Assembly (NCBI GenBank): GCA_039679675.1
Contig: JBDKUN010000028.1
Location: 121,954-185,953, forward strand
Source: Armatimonadota bacterium
Lineage (GTDB): Bacteria; Armatimonadota; UBA5829; DTLH01
Length of the DNA: 64,000 nt
Reading direction: 5' to 3'
Part shown: positions 39,209-48,991 of the stretch, in pieces
How the letters are laid out: every line of letters begins with the position of its first letter
Numbering within the stretch: position 1 is the first letter of the stretch
Notes under the pieces: generated by a model
Told to the model about the DNA's origin: nothing
Seen by the model: only the letters and a program-made list of their open reading frames with translations
The model's database searches: none
Program-made: the position numbers and the translations under genes

Positions 39209-39979
39209 TTGAAATATCGCATCTACATAGATGAGGTGGGCAACTCGGATTTGGGCAGTTGCCAAGACCCCAATCATCGGTTTCTAAGTCTGACGGGAGT
39301 AATAGTGGAGCTTGGTCACGTCCAGTCTGTAATTCACCCACAGATGGAGGCACTTAAGGGTAAGTATTTCAACTCACATCCAGACGAACCAATAATCTTC
39401 CACCGCAAGGAAATGGTCAATTTCAGACAACCGTTTGAAGCTTTAGCAGATGACACGATAAGAGACCTCTTTGATGCCGAAATCTTGGGCTATCTGAATA
39501 ATTGGGATTACAAAGTTATTACCGTTTGTATAGATAAGAAGAAGCATACTGAGACTTATACAGCTTGGCGTCATGATCCTTATCACTATTGTATGGCTGT
39601 ACTGCTAGAGCGATATGTATTTTTCCTCGGACGAAACAGTGCCGAAGGAGACGTGATGGCTGAATCCCGTGGAGGCAAAGAGGATATAAGACTAAAGAAG
39701 TCATTTGAGCGAATATGGGAAAACGGAACTGAATATGTTGAGCCTAAACGATTCCAAGACGTACTTACAAGCAAGCAATTAAAAGTCAAATCCAAAGCAA
39801 ATAATATCGCCGGATTGCAGTTAGCTGATCTGATAGCTCATCCAAGTAGGAACGAGATACTAAACGAACAAAACTTGCTTATGCGCGAGATGGGACCGTT
39901 TGGTAAATCAGTTGTTGGTATACTAAGGGATAAATATGATATGGAAGCTGGCAGAATATTTGGAAAGAAGTTTATCTAG
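39209..39979 (+). CDS. DUF3800-like protein (RNase H-like fold)
   Basis: N-terminal IYIDEVG, IFHRKE, ESRGGKED, C-terminal GLQLADLIA; AT-richer than flanks. Confidence 0.85.
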   Translation: MKYRIYIDEVGNSDLGSCQDPNHRFLSLTGVIVELGHVQSVIHPQMEALKGKYFNSHPDEPIIFHRKEMVNFRQPFEALADDTIRDLFDAEILGYLNNWDYKVITVCIDKKKHTETYTAWRHDPYHYCMAVLLERYVFFLGRNSAEGDVMAESRGGKEDIRLKKSFERIWENGTEYVEPKRFQDVLTSKQLKVKSKANNIAGLQLADLIAHPSRNEILNEQNLLMREMGPFGKSVVGILRDKYDMEAGRIFGKKFI

Positions 39980-39983
39980 ACAA

Positions 39984-40042
39984 TAAAAAAGCCCCATAAG
40001 GGGCCGATGGCTCAAGCCATCCACCTCCGAGTAATCGGATTA
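39984..40042 (-). ncRNA. Candidate ~60-nt DUF3800-associated small RNA
   Basis: Own promoter, three tetraloop hairpins, the last followed by U6. Confidence 0.7.
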
Positions 40043-40047
40043 CTTTC

Positions 40048-40075
40048 ATTATACCCGCCATTTATCGAAAGTCAA
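40048..40075 (-). promoter_or_regulatory. sigma70 promoter of the candidate sRNA
   Basis: TTGACT (40075-40070)-16 nt-TATAAT (40053-40048). Confidence 0.7.
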
Positions 40076-40222
40076 CAATAATATTTAGACTCCATAAAGA
40101 TTTTTATTTGAGATTGTTTGTCCGTAAGTCATAGTTCTATGCTTCGTGACCGCAGTTCGTCCCGAAGCATACGGAATATTATCTCTAAGCAATAAAATAC
40201 GAATCAACTGGAAAACTTACCG

Positions 40223-41020
40223 ATGAACGAATCATTGACATCTCTTTGTATAATTCCAAAAGACACCTGGGTTGAGGCAGACTGGTCGAGCTTGGGGTGC
40301 GAGAATATTCGACCCAGGAAAGTGCAGGCCTGCCTTCTGAACTTGTTTACGTATAATGACAGTCATGAAGTGATACCTATCCAGGACTGGGCTGCTGCAA
40401 AAAAGGGTTACGCAATAAATATTGATATTGCTGCTACATACGAGCAGCTTAGGTCATTACTTTACAAGTTCGCACCGCAGGAGTCCGGCATATATGTATA
40501 CAGTGGCGATCCGACACGTGCAGATAAGTCATGGACTCGTAATATAGAACACTTGGGTTCAAAAATAAAAACATGCAGGATAGATAATCACCCGGAATAT
40601 GCAGCGTCGCATGCGATATCATTGGATGGGCTTATAGGCTTCGATCCAGATGTGGGTCCGGGGTGTCATTTTACGCTGGGATGGTTCCCTTCGGATGACC
40701 CGATTAATGAAGTGATTCTTCGCAAATGGGACGAATGGCCGGACAGCAAATGCGAGGCAATGCTCCCGATAAGCCCGTCACCATCGGACAGGTCAATAGA
40801 ACTCGTCGAAGTAGGTTGGGACATGCAGGGAATCTGCATCTTCATCGGGGAATCCCGCAATCAGGAACTGTCACCGGAAGACCTGCGGCGGATTCTTGGT
40901 GAAGACGCAGTCCTGGCAGGTGTCGAACACAGTGGAAATGATTTCTGGAAGTGGTTCGAGGATCGTTTTGACATCGATGACTTAATACCTATTGATCGTG
41001 ATCTGCCGTTTTCGTTATAA
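40223..41020 (+). CDS. Hypothetical protein
   Basis: 265-aa ORF, no recognised motif. Confidence 0.6.
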   Translation: MNESLTSLCIIPKDTWVEADWSSLGCENIRPRKVQACLLNLFTYNDSHEVIPIQDWAAAKKGYAINIDIAATYEQLRSLLYKFAPQESGIYVYSGDPTRADKSWTRNIEHLGSKIKTCRIDNHPEYAASHAISLDGLIGFDPDVGPGCHFTLGWFPSDDPINEVILRKWDEWPDSKCEAMLPISPSPSDRSIELVEVGWDMQGICIFIGESRNQELSPEDLRRILGEDAVLAGVEHSGNDFWKWFEDRFDIDDLIPIDRDLPFSL

Positions 41021-41032
41021 AGGGAGTTCCTA

Positions 41033-41863
41033 TTGAAGAAGCCACGTTTGTTGAGAGATATAATTACCATCGGCGTTATCGTGCTCATTTATCTGCTTAT
41101 CAGGGGTGATGGAGGGCTGCACGACAGCAGTATAAGTATTCCGCTGGGACTGAAGGCGGTATTCGTCATTATTATGGCTGTGCTGCTATGCTACAGTTTG
41201 GGGAGAAGAGTCAAAAAACTGCTGCGTTTGGGTCAGCAGGTTAAGCATGAGCATATTCCGACCTCCGAGGCTGACCATCCCTGGCTGGATAGTCAATCGC
41301 TGTCTCGCTGGACCGCCGAGCTCGAAGCACTGGGGTTTGTCCGGCTCAATGACTTTACTGTCCATTACTTAACCGAGGGCGTATCCAACTTACAGTTTTT
41401 TACTCGACTGATGCTGCATCCGGTTGAACGGTGCATAGCTTCTTCTATAAATATGTTCGTTCCGAGCGCCAATAGATTCACTTCTCAAGAAGGAATTACA
41501 AGCTGCTTCGAAGATGGGTGGGATATCTCAACCACTCGGTCAAAGCCAAACTGGGTGGCCTATCTGATAAACATGCCCAAAGAAAACTGGTCCAGCCACC
41601 CAAATGCTGCGCCAAAAGAATTATTTGAAATCCATCTGAAGCAATGCCGGCGTTTTTCGAGTGATATGGGGCTGAGAAATGTTACCGGTGCAACCGCAGA
41701 GGAATATTTCGCCTGGCAGAAGAAATTGGAGGACCCACGCCGCGAAATGCTCAAAAAGAGACCTGCGCTGGTGTTCTTCATTAATTGGATAATGTTTTTG
41801 GCCTTCCACCCGGCCAAAGGAGGCAGCGCATATGCCGCTGCACTGAAAAAGATGCGGAAATGA
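41033..41863 (+). CDS. Hypothetical membrane protein
   Basis: GGGAG RBS, N-terminal TM pair, LEALGF motif. Confidence 0.65.
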   Translation: MKKPRLLRDIITIGVIVLIYLLIRGDGGLHDSSISIPLGLKAVFVIIMAVLLCYSLGRRVKKLLRLGQQVKHEHIPTSEADHPWLDSQSLSRWTAELEALGFVRLNDFTVHYLTEGVSNLQFFTRLMLHPVERCIASSINMFVPSANRFTSQEGITSCFEDGWDISTTRSKPNWVAYLINMPKENWSSHPNAAPKELFEIHLKQCRRFSSDMGLRNVTGATAEEYFAWQKKLEDPRREMLKKRPALVFFINWIMFLAFHPAKGGSAYAAALKKMRK

Positions 41864-41961
41864 TGTGAGATTGACCCATAGGAAGTTGTAACCCGTCCAT
41901 ATTCCTCACAAGACGACGTGTAAGAGGAATCCGGCGTGCATTGGACGTAGTGGTTTATGGT

Positions 41962-43248
41962 ATGGAAGAGAAAATATCCATTAAAATAAACGGTCTGGTG
42001 GTAGGCTACGGGGCGGAGCCGGTGCTTTCCGGTGTGACAGCCGAGATAGCAGGCGGGGAGTTTGTCGGGATAGTCGGCCCGAACGGTTCCGGCAAGACTA
42101 CGCTCCTCAGATCGGTCGCCAGGGTACTCAAACCGAGCGGCGGAGCCGTTTTGATCGATGGCAAAGAGGTCTTTTCGATACCGCCGAGGGAACTTGCACG
42201 CGAGATGGGTGTCGTCCCACAGGACACAGTACCGGCGTTCGAGTTTTCCGCGCTGGAGATCGTGCTGATGGGCCGCGCGCCCCACCTCCGCAGGTTTCAG
42301 TCCGAAGGTGGCAGAGATTTGGAGATAGCGGAGGAGGCTATGCGGCGGACAGGGACGCTCAAGTTTGCGGACAGGCCGTTTTCTGCGCTTTCCGGCGGCG
42401 AGCGGCAGCGTGTGGTCATAGCGCGGGCGCTTGCGCAGGAGCCGAAGGTCATACTTCTCGATGAGCCGACCTCCCACCTGGACATAAACTACCAGTTCGA
42501 GATAATGGGGCTTGCCCGCAGGCTGAACAGGGATGAAGGGATCACCGTCCTCGCTGTACTCCACGACCTGAACCTCGCCGCACAATACTCGGACAGGCTT
42601 TTCATGCTCAGCAAGGGCAAAATAAGGACAGCCGGGGTTCCATCCGACGTGCTGACTGTCGAGAATGTGAAGAGTGTTTACGGAGTAGATGTCTGGGTGC
42701 GAAAACATCCTACTTCGGGACGGCCTTACGTGATTTCCGGGATCGACCGCACGGTCACGGATGATGAGAGTTCCAGGTTTGAGCACAGGCCGAAGGTCCA
42801 CGTGATATGCGGCGGCGGGACAGGCTCGCCGATCTTCGCAAAGCTGCTGAAGAGAGGTTATTCGGTCACGGCGGGCGTGCTGAATACCGGGGATACGGAC
42901 CAGGAAGTCGCCGACGCGCTTGGAATCGCCTATGTTTCAGCTCCGCCGTTCAGCCCAATCCCGGATGATGCCGCAGCCGAGAACTTTCGCATGGCCCAGG
43001 CCGCCGATGTCGTAATTGTCTCCGACATGCCGTGCGGCGCGTGGAATTTGACCAACCTCAAGACAGCATCAGCCGCTTCGGACTCAGGCAAGAAGCTGGT
43101 GCTTTTCAGGCCGGAGACGTTTTGCAACAGGAACTTCGCAGGCGCCGAGGCGGCGGAAATAGTCAACCGCCTTGTCCCCCTGTCTTCTGCAGCTTCCACA
43201 CTGGATGAGCTTATGAAGGGTGTCGAGGCAGCTTCCATCGAAAACTGA
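41962..43248 (+). CDS. Iron-chelate/cobalamin/heme ABC transporter ATPase with C-terminal extension (BtuD-like)
   Basis: GPNGSGKTT, LSGGERQRV, LLDEPTSHLD, LHDLNLAA; tail VHVICGGGTG...GVLN.GDTD. Confidence 0.9.
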   Translation: MEEKISIKINGLVVGYGAEPVLSGVTAEIAGGEFVGIVGPNGSGKTTLLRSVARVLKPSGGAVLIDGKEVFSIPPRELAREMGVVPQDTVPAFEFSALEIVLMGRAPHLRRFQSEGGRDLEIAEEAMRRTGTLKFADRPFSALSGGERQRVVIARALAQEPKVILLDEPTSHLDINYQFEIMGLARRLNRDEGITVLAVLHDLNLAAQYSDRLFMLSKGKIRTAGVPSDVLTVENVKSVYGVDVWVRKHPTSGRPYVISGIDRTVTDDESSRFEHRPKVHVICGGGTGSPIFAKLLKRGYSVTAGVLNTGDTDQEVADALGIAYVSAPPFSPIPDDAAAENFRMAQAADVVIVSDMPCGAWNLTNLKTASAASDSGKKLVLFRPETFCNRNFAGAEAAEIVNRLVPLSSAASTLDELMKGVEAASIEN

Positions 43249-43424
43249 GCCCGTTAACAATCACAGACAAGGACAGCCATTTTGGACTTATCTAAACGAA
43301 CTCCAAATTCCACTACCTGCTTTCTTATTTTCGTGATAAAATCTCCATGCTAAAGAGTTTCGGCTGAAACGGTATCTACTACACATTACATCAACTGCCA
43401 AAACTCTGTACAAGGAGGCGGAAG

Positions 43425-45083
43425 ATGTCGAAATATACGCTTGGAATTGATTTTGGAACCCTTTCGGGGCGCGCGGTGCTTGTCGATGTCGAAAATGGGC
43501 AGGAAGTGGCAACATCGGTCTATGAATATGCCCACAAGGTTATAGATGACCACCTGCCGGAGACGAACGAGAAGCTTCCGCCGGACTGGGCGCTTCAGGA
43601 CCCGGCGGATTACCTCAGGGCATTAGTTTTGACTGTCCCGGACGTTCTGAAAAAGGCGAAAGTATCTCCAGCGGATGTAATCGGGATAGGTATCGACTTT
43701 ACGGCCTGCACCATGATCCCGATCGATGCGAACCGCCAGCCTCTTTCTTTCGATCCCAAGTGGAAGAAGAACCCTCATGCCTGGACCAAGCTGTGGAAGC
43801 ATCATGCCGCCCAACCAGAAGCGAACCGGATAAACGAACTCGCGCGAGAGATGGGCGAGCCCTGGCTGGAACGCTACGGCGGCAAAATTTCGTCCGAGTG
43901 GTTCTTCTCAAAGACACTGCAGATATTAAACGAAGCCCCGGAGATCTACGAAGCCGCTGATAAGCTGATCGAAGCCGGTGACTGGATAGTGATGATCCTT
44001 ACCGGGAAGGAATGCCGGAATGCCTGCGCTGCGGGTTACAAAGCCACTTGGTCCAAACGCGAGGGCTACCCCTCGAAGGAGTTCCTGAAGGCGCTTCATC
44101 CCAGACTGGAAAATGTGGTGGATGAGAAGATGTCGTGCGATATCTACCCTGTAGGCACAAAGGCCGGTGAACTTCTGCCGGAGATGGCGGAGCGAATGGG
44201 GCTTTGCCCCGGAACAGCGGTGGCCGTGGCCTCGATAGACGCGCATGTGGCGCTCCCGGCATCGACTGTTACGGAACCAGGCAAGATGGTGATGATTATG
44301 GGCACATCCACCTGCCTTATGGCGCTCGGCAATGATCCGGTAATCGTCCCAGGGACAAGCGGGTACGTCGAAGACGGCATCATACCGGGCTACATCGGGT
44401 TCGAGGCCGGCCAGGCCTGCGGCGGAGACCACCTGGCGTGGTTCGTCGAGAACTGCGTCCCGGCTGAATACTCTGCTGAAGCCAAAGAGAGAGGAATTTC
44501 TGTCCACGACCTGCTTTCAGAAAAAGCTGCAAAGTTTGAGCCCGGCGAAAGCGGGCTGATCGCGCTCGACTGGTGGAATGGAAACCGTTCCGTGCTTGTG
44601 GATACAGACCTTACTGGGATGATACTCGGTCTGACGCTCTCAACGAAACCTGAAGAGACATATCGCACGCTGATAGAGGCTACGGCATTCGGAACGAGGA
44701 TGATAATTGACACTTACGAGGCCCACGGAGTCGAGATTAACGAGCTTTATGCCTGCGGAGGGATGGTTGAGCGAAACCCTGTGCTGATGCAGATATACTC
44801 TGATGTGACAGGCCGAGAACTGAGGATTGCTGCATCGAAGCAGACAGTTGCGCTCGGCTCAGCGATATTCGGTGCGCTCGCGGCCGGAAAGACGGCAGCA
44901 GGATATGACACCGTCGCTGAAGCCGTAGAGCATATGGCCCATGTGAAAGAAGAGATGTACCAGCCGTCGGCAAAGAACCACGAGGTCTACACCAGGCTTT
45001 ACGAAGAGTATAAAATCCTGCACGATTACTTCGGACGCGGCACAAACGACGTGATGAAACGCCTGAAAGCGTTCAGAAAGTAA
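43425..45083 (+). CDS. araB: Ribulokinase
   Basis: GIDFGTLSGRA, WALQDP.DY, GIDFTACT, KLWKHHAAQ, LDWWNGNRS, HDYFGRG. Confidence 0.93.
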   Translation: MSKYTLGIDFGTLSGRAVLVDVENGQEVATSVYEYAHKVIDDHLPETNEKLPPDWALQDPADYLRALVLTVPDVLKKAKVSPADVIGIGIDFTACTMIPIDANRQPLSFDPKWKKNPHAWTKLWKHHAAQPEANRINELAREMGEPWLERYGGKISSEWFFSKTLQILNEAPEIYEAADKLIEAGDWIVMILTGKECRNACAAGYKATWSKREGYPSKEFLKALHPRLENVVDEKMSCDIYPVGTKAGELLPEMAERMGLCPGTAVAVASIDAHVALPASTVTEPGKMVMIMGTSTCLMALGNDPVIVPGTSGYVEDGIIPGYIGFEAGQACGGDHLAWFVENCVPAEYSAEAKERGISVHDLLSEKAAKFEPGESGLIALDWWNGNRSVLVDTDLTGMILGLTLSTKPEETYRTLIEATAFGTRMIIDTYEAHGVEINELYACGGMVERNPVLMQIYSDVTGRELRIAASKQTVALGSAIFGALAAGKTAAGYDTVAEAVEHMAHVKEEMYQPSAKNHEVYTRLYEEYKILHDYFGRGTNDVMKRLKAFRK

Positions 45084-45096
45084 TTCCTTAGCGAAA

Positions 45097-45201
45097 TAAT
45101 AGGGTGGTTCCATACCCAGCCCTTGGGTCATGGAACCACCGGTCCATCAAATTTCCACCATCCGCGAGGTCCGTTCGATCCGTGTAATCCGCGTTTCAAA
45201 A
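45097..45201. repeat. Composite palindromic repeat between convergent genes
   Basis: GGTGGTTCCAT...ATGGAACCACC hairpin plus ATCCGTGTAATCCGCGTTTCAAAA identical to 63756-63779. Confidence 0.75.
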
Positions 45202-45209
45202 GCTGACGG

Positions 45210-45407
45210 CTATTCTTCTTCCTCTTCTTCCTTGGGTGTAAAGTGTTCCTGCGCACCTTCGGTCTGGGCTATCTCCCAGGCTTCATCTTCCGTTAGCTCT
45301 TTGTCTTCTACTATTTGTTCGACCCTGGCTCTATCAGCTTCTTCATCGAGTGCGCGTTTTGCACGCTCTTCCCGCTCCGTATATTTTTTCTGCCTGTCAT
45401 ACGCCAT
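45210..45407 (-). CDS. Small acidic hypothetical protein
   Basis: 65 aa, AAAGGA RBS. Confidence 0.6.
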   Translation of the reverse strand: MAYDRQKKYTEREERAKRALDEEADRARVEQIVEDKELTEDEAWEIAQTEGAQEHFTPKEEEEEE

Positions 45408-45549
45408 AATATCACGTCCTTTGCTCGGTTTGAGCTTTGTAATATAAGTGTAGCCCTAAGCCCGAATGAATAAACCGTACAGCAGACACAAAAATGGGCC
45501 ACAGGAATCAATCCCATGGCCCTGTAGGTCGATCTCTGCAGCCGGTATG

Positions 45550-48500
45550 TTACGGCACATGCCCGTCACCGTCTACGACGGCGTATTCCGGCTCAATCTC
45601 CATTTTCGGGTCCGAGTCTGGAGTGTTCGGATCCTCTTTATGTCCCAGTTTCCTTCTAAACGCGTTCCACCAGTCGTCTACGATAGTATACGTGGTCGGA
45701 ATGACGAGAAGCGTGAGCAGCGTCGAGAGGATGAGTCCTCCGATAACGGCAACAGCCATCGGCGCGCGCCACTCAGACCCTTTCGCAAGCGCAAGAGCGG
45801 TCGGCATCATACCTCCGACCATAGCCAGAGTCGTCATCATAATCGGCCTGAGCCTCGTCGGCCCTGCCTCGAGGACCGCTTCATTCCTGGAAAGTCCCCG
45901 CTCCCGAAGCGTATTCGTATAGTCGATAAGAAGGATCGCGTTCTTCGTTACGAGTCCGACCAGCATGATAATACCGATCATCGTAACAATCGAGATCGTA
46001 TACCCTGTAATCATGAGCGCGAGAAGCGCCCCGATCATAGCCTGCGGCAGACTGAACATGATGACAAGCGGCGTGATGAACGATTCGAACAACGCTCCCA
46101 TCAACATGTAGACCAGTGCGATTGCAAGGAAGAGTGCGCTGATCATATAGCCGAAGCTCTCATTCATCATCTCACTGCTTCCGCCGACTTTTATCATTGT
46201 CGAACCTGTCTGGACATTCTTCAGCGCCTTGTTTATCTGGTTCTGAACGTTTGCCAGCTTGTATCCTGCTCCTGTATCGATGTTCGCGCCGACGGTAATC
46301 AATCTTTGCCTGTTCTTCCGGTCGATCTTATTCGGAGCGGCGGAAAGTTTGACATCAGCCACGTCTCTGAGATAGACCGGCGCGCCACCCTGGCTGCCGA
46401 CAATTACGTTGCTGACATCCTCGACGCTTTCGCGTTCCGGCTTGGCGAGCTGAACACGAATGTCGTATTCATCACCCTGATCTCTCAGTTTTGCATTGGT
46501 ATTACCGACAATCGATGTTCTGACTGCGCTCGCAACCTGTGCCACACTCATTCCGTGGTCAGCAGCGCGGAGCCTGTCTACAGTAATCTGGAGTTCAGGT
46601 TTGCCTAACTCCCATGAGTTCTTGATATTGATTACGCCAGGGACTTTCGCCATCTTAGCCTGGACCTGGTCCGCAACCATGACCATCTCGTCCATGTTCG
46701 ATCCGCTTATTTCCATCTGGATCGGCTGCCCGCTTGGCCCCATCTGGCCTTCACTCGAGACCCGAATCGTAGCGCCCGGAATGAGCGCTGTATCCTGGCT
46801 GAGCTGTGTTATAAACTCATCCTGTGACATCGGCCGCTCTTTGCCCTTGTCGAGCAGCTTTACGTTTATTGTGGCGTACTGAGAGCCGCTCGATGTGCTG
46901 AAATGGCCTGAGCTTGACGAACCAATGCTGGATTGATAATACTGCACGCCTTTTTTATGAGCGAGTATATTTTCTATCTGCCTGACCACCTTGTCCGTGG
47001 CATCCAAGCCACTTCCCGCAGGCAGCTCTACGGAAACTTGAACCTTGCCCTGGTCAGTTTCCGGCATGAACTCTCCGCCGATGGGGAAGTGAACAAACAA
47101 GGCCAAAAAAACCATTGTTGCCCCAAATATAAGAGCAACGGACTTTACTTTAGGATTGAAAGCAGCTATCAGAAGCGGTACAGCTGCCGCAATAACTGCC
47201 ACAATTATCCTGAATTTAGTCGGAACAGGCATCATTGCCAGAACCGTGAAAAGCGATATTATACCTATCGCTACGACCATCGCACGGTTCTCAAGCGCCC
47301 ATGAAAGGACACCCCGGTAACCTTTGTCGAGCTTGGAATAGAACGCCTCGACTTTATCGAATATGTGCCCTGTTCTGGTGTGGTGAGCTCGTTCTTCGGT
47401 AGCTTCTTCGTCTTCCTTCGATCTCAGCCACCTGGATGCAAGCATCGGTGTCAGAGTGAACGACATGAAGAGTGAGAATAGCGTCGCTGTTGCAATCGTT
47501 ATACCGAACTGGCGGAAGAACTGGCCTACGATACCTCCCATAAACGCGATAGGAACGAATACTACCACGTCCACGAGCGTAATCGCGATAGCGGCAAGTC
47601 CGATCTCAGACCGCCCATTAAGCGCCGCTTCAGGCGGCGCCTCGCCTTTTCTGACGTGACGTTCTATGTTTTCGAGCACTACAATCGAGTCGTCTACCAG
47701 GATTCCGACGCAGAGCGATAACGCAAGCATCGTCATCATGTTCATAGTAAACCCGAACGAAGAAATCGGCAGGAAAGTCGCAACGAGTGATGTCGGAATC
47801 GCAATCGCGACGATCATCGTAGCTCTTCCCGAATGCAGGAACAGGAATACGATCAGAATAACAAGGATGATACCTTCTAAGAGCGACTCGTTTACGTCAT
47901 GGAGGGAATCCTTGACGTACTGTGAATCGTCGTTCGTGATTATCAGCTTTGTGCCGGCAGGAAGCTGGCCTTTGACCTGGTTTCCTTGTTTATCCTTATA
48001 GCCGTTGAAGAAGTCGATATCCTTCTTGACACCATCCGCAACTTCGACGGTGTTGGCGTCGGACTGCTTCTGAACCGAGATAATAACCGCGCTCTTGCCA
48101 TTCAACCGGACAAGCTGCTCAGGCTCCTTGACCGTGTCCTGCACGGTAGCTATATCTCCGAGTCTGACTGTGCCGCCTCCGGGAACCTGGAGCTTGATGT
48201 TCGCGATTTCGTTCGCGTCTTTGAACTCGCCAACGGTCCTGACGGCATAGCTCCGCATCTCTTTTCCGCCGGAGCCTTCTTTAATCGATCCTGAAGGCAG
48301 GTTCAGGTTCTCCGCCGCCATCTCCTGGGCAACCTGGTTTATCGAAAGCCCGTAAGCCTGGAGCCGGTCTCTGTCAATTGAAACAGCTACCTCTCGCTCT
48401 TCGCCGCCTTCTACATAGACAGCTGCAGCTCCTCTGACACTGGAGAGTTTTTCCCTGATCGTCTTGTCGGCAAGGATTCTAAGGTCCCTACCGGACATGT

Positions 48501-48939
48501 TGCTGCTCCTTAGAGCCATTGTAATGATAGGCTGCGCACCGATATCGACCTTCGTGACTGAAGGCTCCTCTATATCATCAGGCAATGTGCTCCTGATTGC
48601 CGACAGCTTATCTCTTACATCCGCAGCAGCAGTATCCGAGTTTGTCCCCAACTCGAACTCCAGTACGACGACCGATATACCGTCCTGGGAGTATGATGTT
48701 ATGTTCTTAAGTCCCGACGTCGAGCCTACGGCATCTTCGACAGGCTTGGTGACGAGTGTCTCTATCTCCTGCGGCCCTGCACCCGCATAAATGGTAGAGA
48801 CCGTTATGTACGGCAGGTCTACCTTAGGAGTCAGTTCCTCAGGCATCTTTTGGCGAGCGGTGAACCCGAGGACGATGAGTGCAAGCACCACCATCAATAT
48901 GAACACCGGACGCTTTATACTTACGTTAGTTAGCCACAT
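45550..48939 (-). CDS. RND efflux permease (AcrB/AcrD/AcrF family)
   Basis: SIKRPV, GILVDDSIVVLENI, TKNAILLID, RLRPIMMT. Confidence 0.96.
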   Translation of the reverse strand: MWLTNVSIKRPVFILMVVLALIVLGFTARQKMPEELTPKVDLPYITVSTIYAGAGPQEIETLVTKPVEDAVGSTSGLKNITSYSQDGISVVVLEFELGTNSDTAAADVRDKLSAIRSTLPDDIEEPSVTKVDIGAQPIITMALRSSNMSGRDLRILADKTIREKLSSVRGAAAVYVEGGEEREVAVSIDRDRLQAYGLSINQVAQEMAAENLNLPSGSIKEGSGGKEMRSYAVRTVGEFKDANEIANIKLQVPGGGTVRLGDIATVQDTVKEPEQLVRLNGKSAVIISVQKQSDANTVEVADGVKKDIDFFNGYKDKQGNQVKGQLPAGTKLIITNDDSQYVKDSLHDVNESLLEGIILVILIVFLFLHSGRATMIVAIAIPTSLVATFLPISSFGFTMNMMTMLALSLCVGILVDDSIVVLENIERHVRKGEAPPEAALNGRSEIGLAAIAITLVDVVVFVPIAFMGGIVGQFFRQFGITIATATLFSLFMSFTLTPMLASRWLRSKEDEEATEERAHHTRTGHIFDKVEAFYSKLDKGYRGVLSWALENRAMVVAIGIISLFTVLAMMPVPTKFRIIVAVIAAAVPLLIAAFNPKVKSVALIFGATMVFLALFVHFPIGGEFMPETDQGKVQVSVELPAGSGLDATDKVVRQIENILAHKKGVQYYQSSIGSSSSGHFSTSSGSQYATINVKLLDKGKERPMSQDEFITQLSQDTALIPGATIRVSSEGQMGPSGQPIQMEISGSNMDEMVMVADQVQAKMAKVPGVINIKNSWELGKPELQITVDRLRAADHGMSVAQVASAVRTSIVGNTNAKLRDQGDEYDIRVQLAKPERESVEDVSNVIVGSQGGAPVYLRDVADVKLSAAPNKIDRKNRQRLITVGANIDTGAGYKLANVQNQINKALKNVQTGSTMIKVGGSSEMMNESFGYMISALFLAIALVYMLMGALFESFITPLVIMFSLPQAMIGALLALMITGYTISIVTMIGIIMLVGLVTKNAILLIDYTNTLRERGLSRNEAVLEAGPTRLRPIMMTTLAMVGGMMPTALALAKGSEWRAPMAVAVIGGLILSTLLTLLVIPTTYTIVDDWWNAFRRKLGHKEDPNTPDSDPKMEIEPEYAVVDGDGHVP

Positions 48940-48991
48940 ATAATTATCTCCAATGGGATAGATAGGGAATCAAAAAATCAGCCAGCCTTCC

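Noticed and set aside
41864..41961. Cobalamin riboswitch before the BtuD-like ATPase
   Set aside because: Region is short and I could not find the GGGAA...GCCCCCGC / B12-box core.
32506..45083. Absence of rmlD, araA/araD and the ABC permease partners
   Set aside because: These genes are often unlinked; absence from one window is not evidence of loss.
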